From Laetmonice hystrix (lineage: Eukaryota): a stretch of 64,000 bases of DNA. The notes under the pieces are model-generated. The model was not told the DNA's origin and ran no database searches. It saw only the letters and a list, made by a program, of their open reading frames with translations. The position numbers and the translations under genes were made by a program. Below are positions 13,101 through 25,100 of the stretch, one piece after another (the stretch's first letter is position 1; each line of letters begins with the position of its first letter). The stretch covers positions 13,206,001-13,270,000 of the forward strand of contig OZ249438.1 in assembly GCA_965235115.1 (NCBI GenBank), read 5' to 3'.

Positions 13101-16100
13101 CTAATACCCCAGCAAGCATCAGTTAATATCCCGTTTCTTGTACACAGCCGTGACATTTCCAGACACTTTATTTCTTTTCTTAATTTTTTGCTTCCATCCG
13201 TTTTAAAAGCTGGCTTGCGTTACATTTGCATGCCTTCGCTTGCAGGCCGGAATTAAAAGAATATACGGAAAAATTAGAAAAAGAAATGTAAGATGTAGGA
13301 TTATCAAGAACAGTGGTAATTGATCGTGTACTTAAAGATACGATGCCCTCAAAGTACATTCAGTACTTTAGTAAAGAGTGCAATCAGGTATTTGTATTTG
13401 TCACCAATAAGTGCAATGCGACTTGAAAATTAGGAAGAGTTAAAAACCTGGTTGTTTTGTCGGTGTGAGCCATTAGGTGAAAAAACCAGCTTAGTCCTGT
13501 CGTTGAGAGAGTAATTAATATTAAAATTCATGAGGGGGGGACTGGATTTTACGTTTTGCAATGGTTTCAGGTTAGTTATTTTTCAAAATTATTACAAATC
13601 GAGGTCCAGTTTGCATTGGTTGAATGTTTGGCTTATATTACAAAGTCGTACCATTCTGTTGTGTTCAGCTTTTCACCGTCATATTCAGTTGAGACGCTGA
13701 TTCCTAGCGTTTTCATATTTTGTTTCACTGATTTGCTTGGTTCTTCCGCCCAAGGCACACTGCCAGCATGTCTTTAAGTTTAAGTTGACATTTTTCAAGT
13801 AAAGTTACCTGGTTGAATTCAATATCTGGCGCTGGTGTTGCTGGGGACCAGTCGAATGATAGCAACGTACATTTTAAGTGAAACATGTTCAGACAGTCGA
13901 ACATACGAAAGTAGATAACTGGATAACGGCGATTTTACTAAATTTAAAGCGATCAGAAATAGGAAATATCGATTTAAACGTTCCACTATGGCTACTAGAA
14001 GCTAGGACAATTGGAATGGGGTTAAAATACAGTGGCGTATCCAGAAATTTTTTAAGGGGGGGTATCCGAAGTTTAGGTACTTCAGAGATGGCCATTAGGC
14101 CATGGTTCTCTGGGAAATTTAAAAAAAGACATGAAATAATGCAATCTCCAGACATCTTGTGTGGAAATATTTCCTTTGGTTAAACTAATGCATTTTACAT
14201 CCCCTTTTTTACCAAAATGTTCTTAATATAGTAATTCTTTTAAGGGGGGGGGGGGGTCCGGAATACTTGGGAACCCCCTTGGATACGCCACTGAAATAGG
14301 TCATGCTGAGGGCAAAATTTAGGGGTTTATTATTTGCCACGTTTTGATCTTGTGGTTTATTTGCCGATCATTGTTTTCTCTAAACTCTCAGGCTCCAACA
14401 GGGGAGACGACGGTGGTGCCTGTTGTGAGTACAAGGTTTTACTTTTAAACGATCTCAAATATTAAAGGTGTTTCTTTTCTCCGTACACGTCTATATTTCT
14501 TTTTCAGTAAACACGTTGGAGTAAATGTAAGATTAATACTTTCCACACAGAACGAGAAGAAGTTGAAAACAAAGGAAAAAAATTCGGATGTGTTTATAAA
14601 CAATGTTATTGTCCTTACTGTGCGAAAATGGAATGTTTGTAAATGTTTCTTTTTGCCAATCCATTTTGTGTTTTTAACATGGTGTTTAAAACTAGAGTGA
14701 TGTAAGCTGATGCTTGTAATGTCCATGTGGTAGGAATTGTCACGTTTTCCCATTGGACCTCCAGGTTTCAGAACGTCTGACAACGAAATATAAAGTGAGT
14801 ACGCTCTGGCCCGCCCCCTGGTGACCAGTGTTGGCGTCACAACACCCCCTGCGTCTTTTAGCTGACACATATTGTAAACACGTTGTTTTCAGCGAAGTTT
14901 GTTCCGTTTTCTTGCATTGCTATAGAACCCGGTGAACGGCCTTATTAAGAGAGGCACCGACGCAAAAGAATGCAAGCTTGGAGAACCTTTCTCGGAGTTT
15001 GCAAGGCTAGCTAGCACATGTTGGGTTTGTGGCTATGACGGACTTGGGATTTCTTGTATAGCTGTGATTATTCTAAACCTTTGAATCTGAAATGCTTTTT
15101 GAAAATCATTTGATTTCCTAACAATACTAAAACAAAATCCACCCGCGTGTTTTCTTGGGAAAACGATGTACACAAAAGCCTGTGAATGTGCTTTCCTCGA
15201 ACATTGCACTTGCACGCAGGCGTTTTTATCCTGGTTTGGTCTAAGTGATTGAGCTCTTGCTCAAGTGTAGTTTTGTAGTAAATATCCGCGTGGAAAAGAG
15301 ACGGTCAACTGATTTCAAACTATTGGTTTCAAGTAAGACTGGATAAAGCTCGTACATCGGACAATAGTTGCGCTTGCGCTGTTGATATTGGCAGCTACTA
15401 AAACACTTGCTAATTGAACATCGTGTGAGACTTAACGATTTTCCTTGCAGCCCCCAGTGTTAGCCGATATTTTTGTCGTATTTTAATCTAGCCAGTGCCA
15501 AACCGTGGATAACCTACTGGAGATCGATGTGTGAAGATCAAACTCGTCGGATCAAGGGATTAACATTCTTTTACACTTCCTAAATTGGTGATAATCTGTC
15601 AATGCCAGCAAGTGAGGATGGGTTGTAGGTTACCGTCAATACGTTCTAAGGTATCGGGAGGAGGAATTAGTAATGTCGTCAGTGGAGATACAGGGTGTGC
15701 CAATATGTCCACGCCAAGCCAGGCAACATAAGAATCTATGTTCCCCCGGATCCCGCTGGGGAATCTTCCTACATGAAAAACAGTCTTTATTTTATCAAAA
15801 TCAGTCAAGCGAATCAAAAGTTATGCCATTTTTAGTGCAGCAAAGTCACACCCTAGTTTGTTAACTAGATCTCATTATCTGGCAGCTAGAACTGGTCACT
15901 GTAAAAAGAGACAAATACTTTGCTCCACCAAAAAAGTACAACTATTTTGTTGCTTGACTGATTTTAATGAATTAAAGACTATTTTTCATGTAAGAATTTC
16001 ACTATCAGGATGGGGGGGGGACATAGGTTCTGAAATTGCCTAGTTTGGCCTGGACTTTTTTTTTGGCGGACACCCTGTATTATTGGGACGAGTTTTGTAG

Positions 16101-19100
16101 TAGATTTTCTTATTTGATCTACGTACCTAATTTCCTTCTTGGTCGATAGTTTCTCTGTCCGCTGTCTCTGTTCTTTTCTTCGCCCTATCCTATATTATCT
16201 GTTAATCACGATTTATGAAAGTGGCAAGCAATGAAGTGAAACCATGTGAATAATTGAGTATAGGATTGGTTAGATGGTGTGTGGTTGTGGTTGGTATGTA
16301 TGCGAGGATGAGATTTGTGGAGATATAATTATAAATGTGAAGTGTCGGAATGGATGTGTGGTACTATTTTGTGTAGCGGTCTCGGAAAGGGTGTTATGCG
16401 TGATGTATAATATATATCAGTGCGCCAGGGATGAATGCTTATAAATGGGGTGTTATAATAGTGGTGCCACGACATTGTAATGGCGCTGAAACGATTCATG
16501 GTAACGCATGCATTGTCTGGCCATGACGGATCACTGCGGGGGGCAAGGTCCGCGAGCCCCCTTCGTTTGGAGAGATTATACCACTTATTTCGCGATATTA
16601 TTTTTGACGGTGTGAGGTAAATGGAAAAAAAACGAGAGCAACGTCTCTGAGAGAAGATGAACATTGATATGCTAGGTAGAGTCGTGTGTGGGCAGAGTGG
16701 ACCCAAACTTGAGATTGGACAGGTCGGATGGCTGGGAGTCGGGCTCGAGTGTAATGCACACTCCCTTGAGCGTGCAATATATTCTTGTCCAGGGCGCCAG
16801 AGTTATCAGAGGTCCTGCGTTTCCACCGTCGGCAACTGTGCAATATTAGGCAGGGCTTTTTATGATAGTAGTATATGCAATTGGGATTTATTGTCGGGCT
16901 GTGTATACGTCGAGGGCCAATTTTTCACGTTTTGAAGGTGGCCCGTTTTTGGCCAGACAGCGGGGGTAGAGATTAGGTATTAAAGGTGAAATGTCACGCG
17001 GACAGGTCAGTGACTCGATCGGGAGTTGACATTTCCAAGGCGCTTAGCCTTGCTAACGACCGGCCTTGGAAAGTGATTTATTTATACCCCCAACCAACAC
17101 CTTAAAAAATGGAACTCGGCGACTACGTTGAAAGATACACTAACTGTAAATGTACATATTATACTCTAAGCTATAGGCCTATAACTTAGACAGTTTCCGC
17201 TTAGACTGGCATCATACATTTGTAACTGTCCCATGAACTAATTTGTAGAAAGCCACTAACAAGGCACCTGTCGGCCAATACTCGAGCAAACTTAAAGCAT
17301 TTATCGTCGCTGAGTGGTGAATTCATTGCAAGACCGTCAGTGGCTAACGTACGTCGGGTTGCTATGGTTACAGCCGACGGCGGAGTTAACCGAAGATGAC
17401 GTCAGACAGGATCGCGACATGCGCGAGGCGTTCAAGAAAATCGCCGGGGAAGATATGGAGATCGACGCCTACGAACTGCAAGACATTCTGAATGCTGCCT
17501 TCATGAAAGGTAATGGCTCTTATTTGTCATTTTCTTTATTTTTTATTTTATTTTTTATTATTATTACTAAATCGGACCCCTTTTCAATGGAAATTTGGAA
17601 AGTTAATCTTACATGTTCAGGGAGCCTTGACGATTTACCTTTTGAAATCACTAACCCTTATTTATTGTTTTAAAAGAGCGCAGGTGTGCCCTGTTTGCCG
17701 TTTTCTTGGTTTTTAATCCCCCTGTAATCGTCCCATGACATGGCATGAAACATGTTTGAAATTTGACTTTTGGATGACCGTTTTTATTCTGTTAGAATGC
17801 GCATTTTGTATGGATTAACCCACTTTGTTGACTTTTTTTTTAAATCGTCATTTTGAGGATGGTGAATGAGAATGTAAAAAAAATCCTCACTGTTGATGCT
17901 TTGAGTTTCCAGCCAACGCATTTGATAGCATTTTGACAAATATTACTAATGGCAAAAGAAGTCCGCATATACCAATGAATATTTTCCCCCTTCAAAGTTG
18001 AATTGTAGCTATGTCTTTTTGGGTCTTTTTTGTACTATGACCTTTGAAGTATTTATACAGTTTTTGACTATCTCTCTCCTATCCACTTAATGTACATAAA
18101 AAAACGTTTATTGATTTCATATTTGACGATCAGTCAGTCTTGAAAGAATCTAAAATAAGAACAGTAAAATTGAAGACCCCATACATGTATATTAATGAGT
18201 AATCAGTCTGTAATAATTGTCCCTCATCCAAGCTATTTGTGTTGGTTCCCAGTGTTTAAGACTTGTCGTCATCGAGCGGCAGTTTTTTCTTACAGTTAAC
18301 AGTCACTCGGGCAGCTTACAAACAGGCTGTCATTGATCTATCCATGTCTGCCTTCTGTATGTCACTTTGTAATCAGACCACAGGGCCGGATCCAGGTGGT
18401 CCGACCCCCCCCCCCCCTCCTTTGCGTCTATTTTCCTTCAAATACACCTTCTTGACTTGACTTTTTCCCCTCAGAATTCCGTGATAGTCTTCCCTTTTAC
18501 ACCCCCCCCCCTTTCAAAATCCTGGATCCGACTCTGATTGCCCGTATCTTGTGTTCACCGCACAGCAGGCTACTGGTCCCACAATGTTTCACATAGTCTC
18601 ATCAAATTGTTTATATATGTACATTCGGACTCGACAAGGGTTTGCCCACACATTATCAACCTTCATGTGTTACGTAAGGTCAAAAGGTCGAGTAGAATTC
18701 AAAACACCCATTTGATCATTTTTATCTTCTTTTTGTTCGCTTTTATTTTATTTTTAGAGTGCTACAGATATCACAATTAACATGAAATTTTGTACCAGAT
18801 CCCGATGATATTTGTACTTTGTCGTTCTGTAAAGGAACAGTTGTTGTACAACAACGTGAACTGTCTGTAATCCGTGATAAAAATGACCAGTTCCCGTGCA
18901 CACGTCACTTCCGGTTTTCGGACAAGAGCAGTCGGGAGCAAGACTGCGACGTGGCGCGTGATTCAAATTTCCAATATTTTTACAAAGTGTTACTTTCTGA
19001 GAGAATTTATCAGAAAAACCTATCCCGGACACGTCTACAACTCACAGTGATCTCTCTAGATCAGTAAAGGTGCCTATGTGATGTCTGTAGCACTTTAAAT

Positions 19101-22100
19101 ACTGTATATTCTGTATATTTATTTTGCACTTTGAAAAATAAAATTTTGAATTTGTAAAAAAAAACTCGATTACATAACTGACCTGCTGACACAGCACGGA
19201 GGGTAGCTAATGTTGGATAAGCAGATTATCTAAACCAAAGGGATCTTTTAATGGACAAATACAGTGCACTCTGCTTTAATTTGACAAACTTTAGAACGTG
19301 TGATAATTGCAAGAAAAAAAAACCTGGCAGAGTGCCAGGAGATAAACGGATGTTTTCACGTCTTCAAGCGACCTTTTGGTTTTCCCCCCTGCACCGCTCG
19401 CCCACAGTTCCCGGCGTGGAGTTGTCACTAATTTGTCATGGTGTTTTTCATGTGGCTCTACCGACAGCAAGAGGTAAAATTTGTGTGTTTGCATCGGAGG
19501 AAGGACGCTGCCTAGCTTTCCCATGCTGCCCCGCAGACAGACCACTAACACCACCTTGCGGCCAGCGGTGGAAGCTGTGGCTAGCGTTTGGGAATGCAAC
19601 GGCACTTTTGATTGGTTCCCGTCACTGGCTTTATGCTCGCGTTGCTTGATATATAAACGTATATCGTGATGAGCATTATTATTTGAATCACTGTATCTGG
19701 TATATAGTGTTTATTACTAATGTTAGTCAACGTCTTTATTTGTTCCCTTTTCCCTACTGTCACTGGGCTTGTTGCATGCGGGGGTATAAGATATAAAATA
19801 ATATAACAATAGGCCTATATTATATCATATAGGCCCATAAATCATTATACACTCGAAGACAGTCAGCAAATGTAAAATTTGGGAAAGATTGGGGAGGCTC
19901 CTACCCGCAAATTGTGCTTGTAGGTCGTCCCAAAGTGTACATCTTGTCCCAAAGTTTTAGGCCAAGCCATTAAAAAGATGAGGTGCAACCTAAACTTTAC
20001 ATTTCAAACCCGTCATATGCTGCTGCTGCCTGCACGAAGGCAGCTGTGCCTGTGTTGACTGTTGGGTCCCTGTAACCGTATGTGCAGTACATGTTTGGGG
20101 GCTCCTTAAAATTGTAGAATTATAAAATGCAGATTATTTGGTTTATAGTCAGCAGTAAAAAGTAAAAACATTTTGGGTATGACGAAAGAGTTTCAGCATA
20201 CTACGGACCGCTTTGAGCTTTCTGGAAATGCAAACGTATTGAACTGTTATTTTATTGGAACCAAATTTGATATTCCTTACATCTTTTTATACACTGTTCA
20301 CATAAATTCTTTACCTATTTGTTTTTCGAAATTACATCACAGCGTATACTTTTTCCTAGACGTGCTTCATATAATGATATACCACTATGCTCTTTTAGAA
20401 ATTCACAGTACGTCATCAAGTCTAGCATTCCCATTGCTTTCTTTCAATCTTTCTTACAGTAAGCAAAGCAAATACGCAAAATTCACAGCATTCTTTAGTC
20501 CTGTGTTCTGTAATGTAGGACTCTTAAAGGATATGCTGTCATGTAGGACTCTTAAAGGATATATCTGCTGTCATGTAGGACTCTTAAAGGATAAATCTGC
20601 TGTCATGTAGGACTCTTAAAGGATACATCTGCCCGTCTGTGTTTTGATATCATTAGCCGCTGTTTTCTTTAGGGACTGTGACAGTAACGTAAGGATTGAC
20701 ACATAAGGGAAAGTGATCCGCGCCCTGGGCATGGCATGGTGTGGTATAATTAATGAAATCTATATTTAGAGGCACACGTGATATTCAGGGGGGAGGGTTG
20801 GTGATACGATTTGTGTCATTCTGTCCCTGCCCGCCTATAGGAGAGAAACGCATGAATTACTGTTTGTTTTTTAATATATCGATTGCTTCAGTGGTAAGAA
20901 GTTTTAGATCTAAGCAAACATTTGTCGATAATCTTGAAAGAGAGTCAGTGCGACGTTTATATATAGAACCTATGTACTGATATATATTAGAAGTTTGACC
21001 GTGAGAATTTGCATGTTGACCGTCAGGCAGAACTGTTGGGTCGTGTGTATTACGATTTGATGTCGTTAGACAGATGTAAAGTACTTGGGACGTCTTGGAG
21101 TTATACATTGTAGCTGTGGCGATGTCCCCTTAGAATCCCCCCGCCCCCGCTGCACCCGTTGACCTCTCTGTGACCTGACGTCAAGTCTCGACACTGTACA
21201 TCGCTTTATTCCTCCGTGGAGAAATCGAACGATATTAGGGATAGCGGCTAGGGTTAGCGACAGGTTGGAGTGTGGTAGAGAATTGAAGAAATTTCCATGG
21301 AGGCCACAAGCCAGGGCCTAGTTCCTAACAACTTAAGATCTTGCTTAACGCTCCGATTGGCTGGTCTAAACAGAGCAGCCAATCAGTAGCGTTAAGCATA
21401 GACTTAAGCAAAATCTTCAGTTTTTAGGAACTGGGCCCAGGCCCCGGTTTTTAGTTCGTCATTCGTAAGACTGGAATTTTAAGACTGACTTGCGTTATGG
21501 TCTCTCATTGGCTAACTTCATTTGAAGGACCAATCAGAAGCTCTGAAACAAGAGTTCAGTCTTAAGATTTGAATCTTAAGACTCGGTTTGCAAACTTAAA
21601 ACCAGGGCCAGGTGTCGAGCGTTGATCGCAGGTCACTGTGTGAATCGTTCTGTCTACTCCCAGTGATGGCCATGCCTTTGGGTGCCTTAGGCACTGGTCG
21701 CCATTATGACCTATGAACTGAGGTCATTACTGGAGGATTGTGACCTGGTCCGAAAATGTTTTGTTTTTGTGTATATTTTTATAACCTGCCGTATAGACCT
21801 ACATACCTGTAACTGTAGCTATGCGGGTACAGTAGTCTGTTGGTACAGAAAGTGTTCATACACCGCAGATACCTAGAATTCTCTATATTGGCTACTGCCT
21901 GGTTAGGGTAACGTGTAAATAACATTTTAATATGTATGAAAAATAACATTTTAATATGTACTCGGAAAGCATGCAACACACAGGGATAAATCACCTAGGA
22001 TTGAATGTATGGGTATCGGGCACGCACGTCACTAAATAATTAATAAAAGAACAATTGCAGCCGACCCCCCACCACCACCACCAAAAAAAAAAAATGAGCG

Positions 22101-25100
22101 CGTTCTCTGAGCGGAAGTTCCCAGTAGTGAGCATCTCGTGACGTCATGGCTGGAGGAGCAGCGCAGTACCCCCAACAACACCGTCCCCTCCTTCCTCCCC
22201 TCCGCCCCTCCCCCCCGCCCAGCCCAAGCCCTAACAACGTACTCCACATATAGAGATGACAGCATGTGGCTACATACAGATAGTGCTAACAGTTAGAATC
22301 ACTAACAGGACACTCGGCAATCGTTCCAATGCCAACCATCAGCACTTAATATCGGAGTGCTTAAGTGCTTTTTTTGCAATAGAAATAATAATGGAACAAG
22401 TATGATGAATTTAGCGCACTGCGCTCGAGAAATGTGAAATGATTGGAGATACTGCAGCCAGTGGCTGTGACATTTATTCAATTTACATCCAGGAAATTTC
22501 TCAGTATATTTCCAAAATGTCTGTGTGGTTTGATGGTTGGAATGGAATCTTCATTTACTAAGCCATATTTGTACAGAGAGTAGCAATGAAGTAGTCTTGA
22601 GAAATATATTTAAAGCACACAGGAGGAATTGAAACACCACCTCTAGACATAGTGCGGAGATGCGGACTATAGTCGCCCACCCTGACATTCGATGTTGTGT
22701 AGGCCTAATAAATTATTATTCCTTTTTTTCACTTCGAACTTTTAGAAAATCTGGGAAACCAAAAAAAGGGGGACGTTATATGAATGTCTGTTTGTTTTAA
22801 AATTGAAAATATTCTGGAATTATTCCCGTAAACGATATCGAATTTTCTGTACTTACATTTAATTTTTGATTGCATTCCTAAGGCATATCTACCTACTCAT
22901 ACATGTAATCTAACTTTAAGACATAGCCTCATTCAGTAATATAACAGTGAATGTTAGGACATCAGTATAGTTTCACATATTTACGTCGAAGCCGAGTAAA
23001 AAATCTAATGACTACTTGCTAATGGCAAACTCAACTATGTCTGCCCTGACCATTGCGAATTCAGTGGGAAGTTTTCTTGGTGTACTGTATGTTTTGTTCT
23101 TCACGACGCAGCGTCACCATGCACGGTGCGGTGGCACCTCAGTGCCCCCTATCGGCAGGTACCCGTACCATGGTGAGTTTGGGGCCGTACCTAAGGGGCG
23201 AGCGTTGATTGTGGTTTCATGTCGTTTTGCAGAATTCAGGTTTGATGGATTCAGTGCGGAGACGTGTCGCAGCATGGTGGCCATGATGGATGTATCCTTG
23301 TACCGTTAGAAGGGGAAAAGGTTTTAAGAAGTCTTGTTTAGTTCCTCTTTCGTTTTAAATTAAAGAAGCACCGTCTAAACTTCGCACGTGCCCCAAAAGA
23401 TTTACAGGACCAGTGTATTCGTGTCGTCAGTTTGTTTCAAAATGCTTTGATCTGACCTTCAACGCCGTGCTTGTCTTGACCTTGCTGTGCCCTCATGCTG
23501 AAGTCGTAGTCCAGTGGATCCATAATTTTGTCCCAGTGTCCCATTCCAACCCTTCATTAGAGTTAAACCTTAACTCGGACACAGATGGATCGGTCAGGTA
23601 GACTGGGATACGATGAGTTCAAGAAACTATGGGACGACCTACGTCTGTGGAAGGTATGTCAGGCGACGAGTAACACCAGGGAATACCGGTACAGAAAGGG
23701 GTTCATGGAGGGGGGGGGGGGTATGACAGAGGCCAGCTGAGTGGTGGAATGGGTTCCGTCGCCTATGAGGAAGGACTCCTGATAGTGTTCCAGTAGATTC
23801 ATGTACATACGATATCATATAGACTGCACTTCTAAATCTTGGTTGTTCCTCAATAGAAAACGTCTCCAGAACATGAACACAACCTATATCATATGTCGTA
23901 CTGAATCAATTACTTGTTTATTAATTTATCCTATTAAATTCACTGATTGTACATTAATAGATTAGGGACATGTCCTGATTTGGGATACATTTTCCGTTTC
24001 AGAGCGTTTTCAAGCAGTTTGACAAGGACAAGAGCGGAAACTTCAACAGTTACGAACTTCGCCAGGCCTTCCATGCTTCAGGTACGATCGACTTACTCCC
24101 AGATATACTTATCCTGGGCTAACCCTCAGTCAGGGCTACGCTTTATTATTTTTTTTAAATTTTCCAAGTTCCATGATTTCATGCCAAGCTAAACCTGCTC
24201 CCCACCCCCTTTTGCCTTGAAGATGGCCTTGGATGCCGACATGGCGTAAAAACCGCCATTTCTCACTCACTCGCGTGCCCTTGTTGCGTTAGTCTCTCTA
24301 ATGCGGGATTTCCACCGGACGCGAGCGAGCGATTTGTTTTGGTGCGCACGCTCGCGTCAAAAGTAGAAATCGTTGAAGTGATTGCAGTAATTTCCACCAG
24401 ACGCAAGCGCGGCATGATGTGTGCGCACGCGTCTGGTGGAAATTACTGCAATCACTTCAAAGATTTCTACTTTTGACGAGAGCGTGCGCACCAAAACAAA
24501 TCGCTCGCTCGCGTCCGGTGGAAATCCCGCATTAAGATAATCTGAAGACTATACAAATAATATTTAATGCCGCCTACATCTAATAGATGGTATTACGCAA
24601 TATATACAGTGCACTTAAACTAAGTAAGAGTTAGAGGCCACACGAGCCGTGACTGACGCGAACAGTAAACCTACAAGGACCTGGCACCCATTACCGAATA
24701 CATTGTAATTGTTTTACCAACTACTAAACAGGTTTTAGCGTCAGCAACGCAACGTTCAACGCCCTGGCACAGCGCTACAGCCACCGGGACGGCCGCATCT
24801 ACTTCGATGACTACATTCACTGCACTGCCCGTCTCCGGACCATGTTTGGTGAGAACATCTTCTCAGGGTCAGGAGAAATTGAGGGAATTTGATGTTATGA
24901 CCACTGAGTTTTTATCTTTGCTCACATCTAAGGTGTGTTTTCATGGCCCGTGGCAATCTTCAGTTTAACGTTTCTGCATGGCCCATTTAAATTGTTTCGT
25001 TTTGTGAGTGCCGTTTCAAAGTGGTACTTGTTGTATTCAGATATCTTCAAGGAGACTGACGAGGCTCGGACGGGCAAGGCGGCCTTCTCCCTGGATCAGG

